Shown here: positions 39,854 to 49,835 of the stretch, in pieces
How the letters are laid out: each line of letters begins with the position of its first letter
Position numbering within the stretch: position 1 is the first letter of the stretch
Assembly (NCBI GenBank): GCA_001189215.1
Contig: LFCR01000002.1
Location: 10,677 to 74,676, forward strand
DNA length: 64,000 nt
Direction of reading: 5' to 3'
DNA from: Parcubacteria bacterium C7867-008
GTDB lineage: Bacteria > Patescibacteriota > Minisyncoccia > Phycocordibacterales > Phycocordibacteraceae
Notes under the pieces: model-generated
Told to the model about the DNA's origin: nothing
The model's input: the letters and a program-made list of their open reading frames with translations, nothing else
Database searches by the model: none
Position numbers and translations under genes: made by a program

Positions 39854-40645
39854 TCAGGCCACCCGTCGGGGTGGCCTGCGCACAGAGGGAGAGGACAGAG
39901 CCCTCGTCACCTTTGGCGGAATGAACATGACGTGGAACACTTTTTGCCTATGTTCCTCCGTTGCTTCGACGACGTTCTGTCGTTCGAGCTGTTTGAATTT
40001 CGTTCGCAGCCACCGAAGCTCACGCTCCGAGAGGCCGATCTTAGCGATGTCGACCGTTGCGCCGGTCGGGTGCGAAGATCGACGCGGCCCTGTTTTGGAC
40101 ACTGCCGCATTTCCGTTCTTCCTCCCCAGCTGCTGCTGTCGCTCCGTGGAGCGGACGGCAGAGTTGATCTGCAGAGGGTGGTGGAACGTCGAGTAGAAGT
40201 CGCCACTCAGGTTCAGTAACGCAGTGTTCACGTAAGGGCGGACGTAACGATACTTTTTCTTGAGTCGATGATCCACCCTGAGCGCCCGATTCGTTGAAAT
40301 CGGGACCAACGCACCGCTCTTCTTGAGCGCGGCGAGCTGTCGTTCATTCAGTCGAGAGAAGTCGGCCAGATCCGCGACGCGGTTCTGCTTCCGGAGCGCT
40401 GCAGCCGATCCCTTGAGAGGGTCAACACGGCGTGGTGGACACTTCACCGCCTTATGGCCCTTGCGCGCCTTGGAAGGAACGCATTTGGCTGCGAGGGTCT
40501 TGTGCCCTTTGCCGTGATTAGCGGACTGAGCTTGCTTGGCTGCGACAGGAGCTGCCGCAAGCATCAGGCTCAGAGCGAGTGCGAGGACAACTTTCAAATT
40601 CGTCTCCAGTTTTGTGCCTATACGGAGTGTATAGACTACATCCAA
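39854..40645 (-). CDS. secreted peptidase M15 (VanY-like D-Ala-D-Ala carboxypeptidase) family protein, GC-rich
   Basis: signal peptide; SAVRSTERQQQL (SxxRSxxxQxxL) and SSHPTGATVDIA (HxxGxAxD) motifs. Confidence 0.55.
   Translation of the reverse strand: MDVVYTLRIGTKLETNLKVVLALALSLMLAAAPVAAKQAQSANHGKGHKTLAAKCVPSKARKGHKAVKCPPRRVDPLKGSAAALRKQNRVADLADFSRLNERQLAALKKSGALVPISTNRALRVDHRLKKKYRYVRPYVNTALLNLSGDFYSTFHHPLQINSAVRSTERQQQLGRKNGNAAVSKTGPRRSSHPTGATVDIAKIGLSERELRWLRTKFKQLERQNVVEATEEHRQKVFHVMFIPPKVTRALSSPSVRRPPRRVA
39855..39878 (-). terminator. intrinsic terminator (caggccaccc/gggtggcctg) overlapping the 3' end of the M15 peptidase ORF, U-run on the minus strand
   Basis: 10-bp perfect stem, atttttttatt follows on the minus strand. 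Confidence 0.6.
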
Positions 40646-40682
40646 TATCTATTATCATACATAATAGGATAATGTCAAGTAC

Positions 40683-41816
40683 CTACTGTACGGTCTTGTT
40701 GAGGAATTCGTGGACTCCTAAATAGGCTATGAGGGTATCAAATGGCAGGGTCTCTAGTCGAGCAACTTCTGCATTTAGGAACTGTATAGACTGAGCAAAC
40801 GGCTTATCTAGCTCATCCGCTTCCCCTTCAAAATATCTAAATTCCTTTGCGATCTCTGCTTTAAGTCCCTCTGGTTCAATACCGTTCAATTCATCAAGAA
40901 AATGTCTTTTGCGACTCTCTGCAAATCCTGGCTGTATTTGCATGGTGCCTAACAGCTTAAGCCGATACGCTTCTTCATTATCACCAACCGTACCTAATCG
41001 GATTGCTTCAATAATATTACTGTTATCTTCAATAGCGAGCTGACGTCCACTCTTAAGAAGTTTCTCTGATCCATCGATACCAAAGTCTGCAAGATCTGCG
41101 AGTGCGAGATAGCGTGTGGTGAGTGGGGTTTCTTTGGTTAGGAGTTTCTGAGTTACTCCCTCTTCCAGACTGAAACTTGGGATGGTGACATTAATAATTT
41201 CGACATCCTGATCAGGATCAACGGTATATACCGCTTCTTTACCAGCTTTTATAAGTGCATTGTTTGCAGCTTCTTTTACTGTGGTGATGCGCGCAGCACT
41301 GCGCTTTTCACCATCTCCAGTCTTTCGCTTGCGGAGACCCTTCTCCGTACGTTCAAATACATGTTCTGCATCATGCCCAGCAGCTGCAAGAATTGCATTT
41401 GCTTTTTCTTCTGACGAAATACGCCCTGATTGAAATGTATTTGTTATCTGTATGAATCGTTCAACCCGTGCTGTTACCAACTCACTGTGTTCCCTATTAT
41501 GAAATGCGAGCTTTACGTCTTGATTTTCGGGACTACCATACTTCACTTCAACAAGATCAAGAAGAATCTCGCGAGTTACTTCTGTTATCTTCTCTCGTAG
41601 TGCGTCACCTTCAAGACCTTCCAGTGCACCTTCACCAAGAAGTGTAGCTATCTTCACATCAACTGATTCAGTTAATGCTTTACTCTCACGTTCCTGACGA
41701 TCATTAGGATCTTCTAAATAGGAAGGAATCTTTTCTGCACCTGCAGTTTCAGGTGTTGCTACTTGTTTCGCAGCTTTAGGTGTTTCGTGTATTCCGTTGA
41801 AGCCTCCTTCACTCAT
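40683..41816 (-). CDS. hypothetical protein with HD-like His/Asp motifs
   Basis: AFHNREHS ... AAAGHDAEHV; otherwise unassigned. Confidence 0.45.
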   Translation of the reverse strand: MSEGGFNGIHETPKAAKQVATPETAGAEKIPSYLEDPNDRQERESKALTESVDVKIATLLGEGALEGLEGDALREKITEVTREILLDLVEVKYGSPENQDVKLAFHNREHSELVTARVERFIQITNTFQSGRISSEEKANAILAAAGHDAEHVFERTEKGLRKRKTGDGEKRSAARITTVKEAANNALIKAGKEAVYTVDPDQDVEIINVTIPSFSLEEGVTQKLLTKETPLTTRYLALADLADFGIDGSEKLLKSGRQLAIEDNSNIIEAIRLGTVGDNEEAYRLKLLGTMQIQPGFAESRKRHFLDELNGIEPEGLKAEIAKEFRYFEGEADELDKPFAQSIQFLNAEVARLETLPFDTLIAYLGVHEFLNKTVQ

Positions 41817-41925
41817 GGCCTGATGGTATCACATTGATGCAGCCTAAAAGATAGCTGATAAATATTGACAAGCATATAATTATACGTATTATATGTTCAG
41901 GTCTTACTGTTCCAGGGGAATAGAC

Positions 41926-42075
41926 ATGGGTCGCTCGATTATGACGGTCAAAGGCTGGAAAGCCATAGTGATGGGTGCATACCATCTGGCGGAATACGCC
42001 CGCGACTACTACTTCAGCCGACACGGCGTCTGCACCGGCGTCAGTGACGAATACCTCACCGGCCGATACCGGTAA
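41926..42075 (+). CDS. hypothetical small protein (49 aa)
   Basis: AGGGGAA Shine-Dalgarno 5 nt upstream, hairpin terminator downstream. Confidence 0.35.
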   Translation: MGRSIMTVKGWKAIVMGAYHLAEYARDYYFSRHGVCTGVSDEYLTGRYR

Positions 42076-42087
42076 ACAACCACCAAC

Positions 42088-42130
42088 AACCCACTGCGGA
42101 GTCCCACCCGCCAGTGGGTTCTCTGTTTGT
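42088..42130 (+). terminator. intrinsic terminator (aacccactgcgg / ccgccagtgggtt, then ctctgtttgtat)
   Basis: long imperfect GC stem plus T-rich tail. Confidence 0.5.
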
Positions 42131-42138
42131 ATAGCGAA

Positions 42139-43353
42139 CTAAATTTCACTCGAGAGCGAGTAGATAGGAGCGATCATCGCGAGCGCGAACACACCAACGA
42201 ATGCACCAATGAAGAGCATGAGCATCGGTTCGATGATGGTTGAGAGATCCTTAGTGCGATCTTCCACATCCACTTCATAGTATTCAGCTACCTGTCCAAG
42301 CATGTCTGATACCTTACCGGTCTCCTCACCCACCGCGATCATGTCGGTAAAGAGGATGGGATAGAGCTTTGGATATGATTCAAATGTCGCCGAAAGCGGT
42401 TCACCTTTCTTTACGCGTTCTGCTGCTTCAACAAGTACGTGGCCGAATACATTGTCTCCAACCACTTCAGATGCGATCTGTATTGCGGATAGCATTTCAA
42501 CGCCAGAAGATAGGAGTGAAGAAAGCGTACGTGCAGCACGTGCACCCATAGTCTCACGGGTCAGTTCACCAATAACAGGAATACGCAGTGCAACCGTAAG
42601 CATGACCGCGCTACCTACCTTTGATTTTATGAACGACATAAACCCACCAATCACCACAACAAATCCGATGACCACTATAATCACATTCTTAACCACAAAG
42701 TCAGACATATCAATGATTACGCGTGTGGCAAGGGGCAGTTCGCTACCAAACGAGGCAAAGGTGCTTGCGAGTGTTGGTACCACGAAGATGAGCATGAGCA
42801 CACCGATGATCGCGATAGCCACGAGAATGATCGATGGATAGATCATTGCTCCCTTTACCTTCTTGGTGAGTTGCTCGGATCGATCCATCTGACGAGCCAC
42901 CACTTTAAGTGCTTCAGAGAGTTTTCCTGACTCCTCACCTGCTTTGGTCATCGCAATAAAGAGCGGTGAGAATACTTTCGGGAACTGCTGGAGTCCCTCG
43001 TGGAAAGAAAGACCTGACTTCACGGATGACTCAAGCGAAGTCGTAATCGTCTTAAGATATTTATTGTTTGACTGCCTCTCGATAACAGAGAGCGCACGTG
43101 AAAGCGTGAGGCCTGCAGAAAGCATCGCAGAAAGGTTCTTCGTGAACGTGATGCGCTGCTCATTCTTGATGCGACCATGACCAAACTGAATACTGCCGAG
43201 TGACGAAAGACCACCACTCTTTGCTTCTTCTACGGAAATAACACTCTCACCCGCTTTCTCAATGTCTTCGTATACAGCAAAACGAGTTGGCGCTTCAATA
43301 ACACGCTTAGATTGTGATCCATCGGCCTGCTTTACTACGACCTGGAATTTCAT
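42139..43353 (-). CDS. pilC: type IV pilus assembly protein PilC (GspF family)
   Basis: two T2SSF repeats, 3 TM segments. Confidence 0.9.
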   Translation of the reverse strand: MKFQVVVKQADGSQSKRVIEAPTRFAVYEDIEKAGESVISVEEAKSGGLSSLGSIQFGHGRIKNEQRITFTKNLSAMLSAGLTLSRALSVIERQSNNKYLKTITTSLESSVKSGLSFHEGLQQFPKVFSPLFIAMTKAGEESGKLSEALKVVARQMDRSEQLTKKVKGAMIYPSIILVAIAIIGVLMLIFVVPTLASTFASFGSELPLATRVIIDMSDFVVKNVIIVVIGFVVVIGGFMSFIKSKVGSAVMLTVALRIPVIGELTRETMGARAARTLSSLLSSGVEMLSAIQIASEVVGDNVFGHVLVEAAERVKKGEPLSATFESYPKLYPILFTDMIAVGEETGKVSDMLGQVAEYYEVDVEDRTKDLSTIIEPMLMLFIGAFVGVFALAMIAPIYSLSSEI

Positions 43354-43380
43354 ATCGCTATCGTAGCACGCGTGTGCACG

Positions 43381-45132
43381 CTATTCAGAAATAACCCGAA
43401 GAACTTCTTCCAAAGAAGTGACACCGCGCGCTGCTTTATACAACCCATCTTCCAGCATGGTGAGCATTCCTTCCTTGCGCGCCTGTTCTTCAATCGCATC
43501 TGGTGCAGCATTGTGAATAATAAGGTCACGAATGGTTGATGAGACTGACAATACCTCATGAATACCGATACGACTCTTGTATCCATCTTCACATTCAGCA
43601 GATGCTTTAGGGCGGAAGAACGGAATCTGATCAATACTTGTTCCCTTTGCAACAAGTTTCTCGTCAATGAGAGACTGTAGTGCTGATTCAAACTTATCTT
43701 TCGTGGCAATCTTTCCACGTGCAGTTGCATCTGGCGTATAGGTTTCCTTGTCTTCGCAAAGACGTCGCACCAGACGTTGTCCCACGATCAACCGCAGTGT
43801 TGAAACAAGGAGAAACGGCTCAACACCCATATCCATAAGGCGTGGGATGGCACCGGACGCTGAGTTGGTGTGGATAGTAGAAAGTACCACGTGTCCCGTA
43901 AGTGCAGCATTGATAGCAAGTGATGCCGTCTCCTTGTCGCGAATCTCACCCACCATGATGATGTTTGGATCCTGACGAAGAAGTGCACGCAGACCGTCGG
44001 CAAATGTAAAGCCAATCGCAGGATTCACCTGCGTCTGATTCACACGCTTCATCTGATACTCGATCGGATCTTCAATCGTTGAGATGTTTACATCAGGTTG
44101 ATTGAGAATATCCAGAATCGTATACAGCGTTGTTGTCTTACCAGAACCTGTAGGACCAGATACGAGAATGATACCGGTGGTGGTTTTCATTGCTCCATGT
44201 ATGCGCTCCATGGTCTCTCCGTGGAATCCAAGAGACTCGAGACTGAACCCTTCTCCTGTCTCGCGAAGCAAACGCATAACAATCTTCTCTCCATAATAGG
44301 TTGGGAGCAGCGACACACGGAAGGAAACCTTATCTGCATCGGTCTCCATCTTGAAACGACCGTCTTGTGGAAGACGCTTCTCATCGAGCTTTAGATTAGA
44401 GAGCACTTTAATACGTGCGGTGATACCAGACGTTGCCTGTTTTGGAAGCGTCATCGCATCGTGAAGCGTCCCATCGATACGATATCTAACGAGTACCTCC
44501 ATCTCCATGGGTTCAATGTGAATATCTGACGCACCCTGTATGATCGCGTGACGGAGCAAGGTATCAACAATACGTACGATAGGCAGATCTTCTGCCATCT
44601 TCTTAAGTTCATCACCAGACTTCTCTTCACCATCTGCTTCTCGCACTAGAGTAAGTTTTCCAGCTTCAGTGGTAATGAGATCACCGAACTCCTCTTTCAA
44701 GGATTTCTGATACTGCATCAACGAATGCTTGATAGAGTCATCATCGGTAAGACGAGGAAGAATCTTAAGACCTGTCTTCTTACGTACGGAATCAATAGCA
44801 GGTAGATCCTCGGTATCGAGCATCGCCACTTCAAGTTCCTGTCCATTCCTACGGAACCCGATAATATTGTGCGTACGCGCGATTGGTTCAGGAATGAGCG
44901 TAAGTATTTCAAGCGGAATCTTTAAATCCTTGAGATTAACAAACGGAATACCAAGCACGTAAGCCTTAATACGACGGAGTGCATCTGTAGTGAGCGCACC
45001 TTGCGATACGAGAATGTCTCCGAGAGATTGTTTGCGTTGTTTCCCTTCCGCTTCTGCAGCTTCAACCTCCTGCCGTGCAACAAGGCCGGAGTCTAGAATA
45101 AATGCTTTTAGTTCGCTTTCAGCAACTTGCAT
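43381..45132 (-). CDS. pilB: type IV pilus assembly ATPase PilB (GspE family)
   Basis: Walker A GPTGSGKTT, Asp and His boxes, tetracysteine motif. Confidence 0.9.
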   Translation of the reverse strand: MQVAESELKAFILDSGLVARQEVEAAEAEGKQRKQSLGDILVSQGALTTDALRRIKAYVLGIPFVNLKDLKIPLEILTLIPEPIARTHNIIGFRRNGQELEVAMLDTEDLPAIDSVRKKTGLKILPRLTDDDSIKHSLMQYQKSLKEEFGDLITTEAGKLTLVREADGEEKSGDELKKMAEDLPIVRIVDTLLRHAIIQGASDIHIEPMEMEVLVRYRIDGTLHDAMTLPKQATSGITARIKVLSNLKLDEKRLPQDGRFKMETDADKVSFRVSLLPTYYGEKIVMRLLRETGEGFSLESLGFHGETMERIHGAMKTTTGIILVSGPTGSGKTTTLYTILDILNQPDVNISTIEDPIEYQMKRVNQTQVNPAIGFTFADGLRALLRQDPNIIMVGEIRDKETASLAINAALTGHVVLSTIHTNSASGAIPRLMDMGVEPFLLVSTLRLIVGQRLVRRLCEDKETYTPDATARGKIATKDKFESALQSLIDEKLVAKGTSIDQIPFFRPKASAECEDGYKSRIGIHEVLSVSSTIRDLIIHNAAPDAIEEQARKEGMLTMLEDGLYKAARGVTSLEEVLRVISE

Positions 45133-45154
45133 AGAGTACGTACATAAAAGTATA

Positions 45155-45182
45155 GCGCGCCGCGAAACAAATCGCGGCGCGC
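45155..45182 (-). terminator. GC hairpin (gcgcgccgcga/tcgcggcgcgc) after the TetR gene
   Basis: 11-bp perfect stem; modest U-run on the minus strand. Confidence 0.45.
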
Positions 45183-45208
45183 ATAGTGATGATGTCGGGA
45201 AAACACGC

Positions 45209-45775
45209 TTACCCGAACAGCGGGCTCAGCCGCGCACTAAGTTCTTGTCTCATGAGTCCCGGCATATCACTCGTGTACGGCACTGGTCTGCAGAGATCAC
45301 AATGGATACTCAAGATCGCACCGCCGATTGACGGTGAGACCGTGGCAAACTCTTCAAGCACACGCACCGCTTCGGCGATACGCTCGTTGACCAGATTCAT
45401 GACCGCTTCACTTCCTGCGTACGCGCAACTGAGTTGCGAACGCAGGATATTCAGTCGTGCAGATTCGTAGTCTATGCTGAGGATACTGATGATGGTCTCC
45501 GAGGGAGACAGCTGCGACGCATCAAGTGACCGGGCCACACTGTCATATTCCAGAAGGTCATCCTTTGAAATGACCACAAAAACCTCTTCCTTGCCCCCGA
45601 AGGAGTTAAAAACGGCACCTGTAGACATCCCACAGGTGGCGACCACATCCCGAATAGTGGTCCCCTCATAGGGTCGTTCGGAGAAGAGCTTCCGGGCAGC
45701 GCTGAGCACTTTGTTACGCGTTTCGCGTTTGGCATCTGCTCTGGTGACGCCCGGAGACAACTTCTGATTAGCCAT
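45209..45775 (-). CDS. TetR/AcrR family transcriptional regulator, GC-rich
   Basis: TRNKVLSAARKLFSERPYEGTTIRDVVATCGMSTGAVFNSF HTH. Confidence 0.75.
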   Translation of the reverse strand: MANQKLSPGVTRADAKRETRNKVLSAARKLFSERPYEGTTIRDVVATCGMSTGAVFNSFGGKEEVFVVISKDDLLEYDSVARSLDASQLSPSETIISILSIDYESARLNILRSQLSCAYAGSEAVMNLVNERIAEAVRVLEEFATVSPSIGGAILSIHCDLCRPVPYTSDMPGLMRQELSARLSPLFG

Positions 45776-45957
45776 TTGACAAATTCCCTGTTTCTGTTGA
45801 TCTGGGGAAACCATACCCTTTCTCCTTTATTGACGCAATACCTATATATGGTATGTTATGGGTATCTGGAATGTCCGCTCTTGCGGGCCTTTCTTTTTAG
45901 AAATCCGTGCGTGTGCGAAAATCATATTTATAGGGCGTACAACTAAATAACGAAGGT

Positions 45958-47406
45958 ATGTTGGATCTAAAAACAATCAACTCTGTGTTCGGGGAATTTG
46001 AAGATCGTGGAATCACCCGCGAGATCATGATGGAAGCTATCGAAAGTGCAATGGCTACCGCATATAAGAAGGAGTACGGAAAGCGTGGTCAAGTTATCCG
46101 CGCCATGGTGGATATGAATAGTGGCACCGTTGGCTTTGAGCAGATAAAGACTATTGTGGACGATTCACTCGTTCGCTTCCCTGACGAAGACGAACTCGCT
46201 GCTGAAGAACAAGCACCTATCCGTCAGTACTTCCCTCACGAAGGTGAAGAGGTCGTACCAGAAGGTGAACTTCCTCGCTACGATGCCGAGAAGCACATGC
46301 TTCTGGAGGATGCGAAGCGTATTAAGCGCGATGCTGAGCTCGGTGGAGAGATTGTGTTCCCTCTTGAGCCACAGGACGACTTCGGTCGCATTGCGGCACA
46401 AACGGCAAAGCAGGTGGTAATCCAGAAGATTCGCGAAGCAGAGAAGAAATCTCAGCTTGAGGAGTTTGAGCACAAGAAGGGTGAGGTAGTTACTGGTATC
46501 GTGCAGCGCGTAGAGCGTGGCGCGATCTTTATCGACCTTGGTCGTGCAACCGGTATCATCCCCTACGAGGAGCAAATTCCTGGTGAGCGCTACCGTTCTG
46601 GTGAGCGAATCTCCGCATACCTCTATAACGTTGATGAGGGATTCCGTGGCGTATACCTCCGTCTCTCTCGTTCACATCCTAAGTTCATCATTAAACTCTT
46701 CGAAATGGAGGTACCTGAGCTCGCGTCAGGAGCTCTTGAAGTAAAGGGTATTGCTCGTGAGGCAGGTAGCCGAACGAAGATTGCAATCGCGTCTGTTGAT
46801 CCGCACGTTGATCCTGTTGGCTCACTCGTTGGTCAGCGTGGTGTTCGTGTCTCAACCGTTATGGGTGCTATCGGTGGTGAGCGCATCGACATCATTGAAT
46901 GGTCTGAGGATCAGGCAGCATACATTAAGGAGTCTCTATCACCCGCTACTGTTATGGAAGTGGAGCTTGATGAGGCAGGTCATCGTGCAGCTGTTACTGT
47001 TTCTGATGATCAGCAGTCTCTCGCAATCGGCCGCGGCGGACAAAATGTTCGTCTTGCTGCGAAGCTCACTGGTTGGAACATTGATATCGCCTCAACAGGT
47101 GGCGACAATGTAGTCGAAGCAGACACTAATGAAGGCGCATCCGTAGAACGTGTCGAGAACGGTGAAGAAGCTATTGTTGAGGCTGAAGCAGCACTCGAAG
47201 AAGCTGAGGAAGCATTCGAGAATGATCCTGCCAAGGAGGCTGGCGTTGATGCTGGTGAGACTGAATCAGTTATTACTGGTGATGAAGACACTTCAGAAAC
47301 AACGCTTCCTATGGAAGAAGAGGTTGCTCTCACAGACAACGCTTCTCTTTCAGATGAGCTTGAGGCTCGTGACGAAAGCACCGAAACCCTAAAAGATAAC
47401 GCGTAA
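45958..47406 (+). CDS. nusA: transcription termination/antitermination factor NusA with acidic C-terminal tail
   Basis: N-terminal domain, S1, two KH domains. Confidence 0.9.
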   Translation: MLDLKTINSVFGEFEDRGITREIMMEAIESAMATAYKKEYGKRGQVIRAMVDMNSGTVGFEQIKTIVDDSLVRFPDEDELAAEEQAPIRQYFPHEGEEVVPEGELPRYDAEKHMLLEDAKRIKRDAELGGEIVFPLEPQDDFGRIAAQTAKQVVIQKIREAEKKSQLEEFEHKKGEVVTGIVQRVERGAIFIDLGRATGIIPYEEQIPGERYRSGERISAYLYNVDEGFRGVYLRLSRSHPKFIIKLFEMEVPELASGALEVKGIAREAGSRTKIAIASVDPHVDPVGSLVGQRGVRVSTVMGAIGGERIDIIEWSEDQAAYIKESLSPATVMEVELDEAGHRAAVTVSDDQQSLAIGRGGQNVRLAAKLTGWNIDIASTGGDNVVEADTNEGASVERVENGEEAIVEAEAALEEAEEAFENDPAKEAGVDAGETESVITGDEDTSETTLPMEEEVALTDNASLSDELEARDESTETLKDNA

Positions 47407-47411
47407 CGCAC

Positions 47412-47930
47412 ATGAATCTTCTTCACGACATTCCTGCAGGTTCGAAGGATGAAATGAACGTCATCATTGAGATCAACAAGGGTTCGAAGAATAAGTATGA
47501 AATAGATAAGGAGACCGGTATCATCGCGCTTGATCGCGTGATGCATTCTGCACAAGACTATCCATTCGACTACGGCTTTGTACCGCAGACACTTTGGGAT
47601 GATGGTGATGCACTTGATGTGGTACTTCTCACGACCTATCCTCTCTTCCCTGGCCTACTCGTAACCGCCCGTCCTGTTGGCATCATGCACATGATTGATG
47701 GTGGTGAGGCAGATGAGAAGGTTATCGCTGTTCCGGTAGGTGATCCGCGCTTTGCAGACGTAAAAGATCTTGCAGACGTAAACGCGCACACCCTTAAGGA
47801 AATTGCGCACTTCTTCGCTACCTATAAGCAACTTCAGAAAAAGGAGGTGCAGGTTGGTGAGTTTGAAGGCGCAGATGTTGCGAAAGCAGCGTTTGAACGA
47901 GCACAGCAGCTCTACACAGAGAAGAAATAA
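47412..47930 (+). CDS. ppa: inorganic pyrophosphatase
   Basis: ...DYPFDYGFVPQTLWDDGDALDVVLL... Confidence 0.9.
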   Translation: MNLLHDIPAGSKDEMNVIIEINKGSKNKYEIDKETGIIALDRVMHSAQDYPFDYGFVPQTLWDDGDALDVVLLTTYPLFPGLLVTARPVGIMHMIDGGEADEKVIAVPVGDPRFADVKDLADVNAHTLKEIAHFFATYKQLQKKEVQVGEFEGADVAKAAFERAQQLYTEKK

Positions 47931-47942
47931 ACTCAATTCATT

Positions 47943-48221
47943 TTGGGTTATGGAATGATGCCCCTATACTTAGGGGCATCATTCTTATATATGGAAGACA
48001 CCACAAACCCAACCCCTGTTACTATCGAAGCTCCCGTAATGCCCGCGGCAAGTACTGCAGCAGCAGCTCCTGAAATGAAAAAGACAAACAAGTCGTGGGG
48101 AGCACTTATTGTGATCTTCCTTATTCTTGCTGTTGTAGTGATCGGTGCCTTCTACGCATGGGGCGAACGTGTTGCGCAACAAGCAGACGCACTACCGGTT
48201 CCAACCGAAACAGTTAACTAG
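47943..48221 (+). CDS. hypothetical small membrane protein
   Basis: ORF with one TM helix; start uncertain. Confidence 0.3.
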   Translation: MGYGMMPLYLGASFLYMEDTTNPTPVTIEAPVMPAASTAAAAPEMKKTNKSWGALIVIFLILAVVVIGAFYAWGERVAQQADALPVPTETVN

Positions 48222-48861
48222 AGCGTCTTCGGAAACGAACACAAATCTTGTTTGCAAGAACAATTACAACACCAAACACCAAGAAGAACGGCACGAATGC
48301 TGCACACGCGTGCAGCATTCGTTCGTAACTACCAAGACGTACGGGATCAAGAAAGAAGTACGGATACGTACCGGTATACAGTCCAAGAATCTGTACTACT
48401 GCTGCATATACCGCGGTGAGCATGATCCAGTACAAGATTGAGAACCATCGCACGTTGTTTTTGGGCGGGAAGACTATCCAATCAATCGCTACGACAATGG
48501 GAATAATTTGATGGAATAACATGTTTGCCCAAGGAAGTGCATATGCAATGTGATCCATGGCGCCAGGACCACGCAGAAAGAAGGTGTACGTAACACCCGT
48601 AGCAACAATACAGAACACACTGAAGCCACGAACCCATTCAAATCGTTTTGAGAATGCTCCGTTACGAACAGTTGCAAACGCCTCAGCACTCAACACGAGT
48701 GCGACCAATATGTTACTGAGAATTGTGAAGTAGCTAAAGAAGAGGCCAACGTATTGCGTGGTGAATCCCCCAACACTAGCGCCATAGGTAAACTGCGCAA
48801 CAAGTGCAACCGTTATAAGAGTGGCGAATAGAAACTGATAGATACTACGGAATTTGATCAT
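48214..48861 (-). CDS. Pr6Pr-family integral membrane protein
   Basis: six predicted TM helices, FAR-17a/AIG1-like pattern. Confidence 0.55.
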   Translation of the reverse strand: MIKFRSIYQFLFATLITVALVAQFTYGASVGGFTTQYVGLFFSYFTILSNILVALVLSAEAFATVRNGAFSKRFEWVRGFSVFCIVATGVTYTFFLRGPGAMDHIAYALPWANMLFHQIIPIVVAIDWIVFPPKNNVRWFSILYWIMLTAVYAAVVQILGLYTGTYPYFFLDPVRLGSYERMLHACAAFVPFFLVFGVVIVLANKICVRFRRRSS

Positions 48862-48944
48862 GCATTGGGTAGTATACCGGAGCTAATAAGTTCAGCTATA
48901 CTTAGCGGCACGGAGTTCATCCGCTTACCTTCTTACCTTCATCC

Positions 48945-49736
48945 ATGAAATCATCCATATCTATAGGAGTTATTGCAGCGCTTGCATTAGCTGTTACTTC
49001 AACACCAGTCGCACACGCAATAGTTACCAATTACCAAGTGAACGTTGATGTCCCAGGGGTATCCGTTAAAACCGTAAATGGCACCGCAACCGTAAAGGTG
49101 GATGGTGTTGGTACAGTAAATGGAAACGGCACGGTGGACATTAATACCGGAGACATGATGGTGAGCACCAGTGACGCCATGGTGAACGTACAGACGCCTG
49201 GTCTCGTTGTTAAGACCACAGGAGGAGCTGATGTGAATCTTGGGTATGGGGGACAGACTCTCAGTACCGTAGTAGAGAGTGGCGTTGATGCTTCAAGTGC
49301 AAAGACTATCGCATCTCTTGAGGGAAATGCTGCCACATACATCAAGACACAAGAAGATGTTGATGCATATGGAAAGATTGTCGTTGAAAGCACTCCTCAA
49401 GTGCAGAATGTTGAAGCACGAGCCAGTGGTGTGAATGTTAGCTACGCACAGAAAGGAAAACTTTTCGGGTTCATTCCTGTAACCATGAATGCGCATGTGA
49501 GTGTTGATGCGTCTGGAAATGTCTCGGTGAAACTTCCTTGGTACCACGTACTTGTTATGAGTGAGGGCGATACTATCGCAACTTCTGTAGAGACCCGTAT
49601 TGCAGCAGCGAAGTCTACCGAAGAGGTAACCGTAACAGGTGAAGCTGAACTAAATCCAGTGGAACAGGCTCGTATTACGCACTATGTAACCGAGGTACTC
49701 ATAAGTGACGGTTCAGTTGAAATAAACGTTAAATAG
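48945..49736 (+). CDS. secreted hypothetical protein (Val/Thr/Gly-rich)
   Basis: signal peptide ...ALALAVTSTPVAHA; strong terminator downstream. Confidence 0.5.
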   Translation: MKSSISIGVIAALALAVTSTPVAHAIVTNYQVNVDVPGVSVKTVNGTATVKVDGVGTVNGNGTVDINTGDMMVSTSDAMVNVQTPGLVVKTTGGADVNLGYGGQTLSTVVESGVDASSAKTIASLEGNAATYIKTQEDVDAYGKIVVESTPQVQNVEARASGVNVSYAQKGKLFGFIPVTMNAHVSVDASGNVSVKLPWYHVLVMSEGDTIATSVETRIAAAKSTEEVTVTGEAELNPVEQARITHYVTEVLISDGSVEINVK

Positions 49737-49750
49737 CCACGTTGGTTCGA

Positions 49751-49787
49751 AAGAAGGACTCCTGCATGCAGGAGTCCTTCTTTTTTG
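49751..49787 (+). terminator. intrinsic terminator, 16-bp perfect palindrome aagaaggactcctgca/tgcaggagtccttctt plus TTTTTT
   Basis: seen in sequence. Confidence 0.8.
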
Positions 49788-49835
49788 GTACCATTCCTTA
49801 TTATGGCTACCAAAACATCATCTTCCCCGTCTTCG

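Noticed and set aside
41809-42024. 71-aa minus-strand ORF
   Set aside because: Overlaps the HD-protein start region and the better-supported plus-strand small ORF. No signals.
43350-43730. 126-aa minus-strand ORF
   Set aside because: Alternative frame inside pilB.
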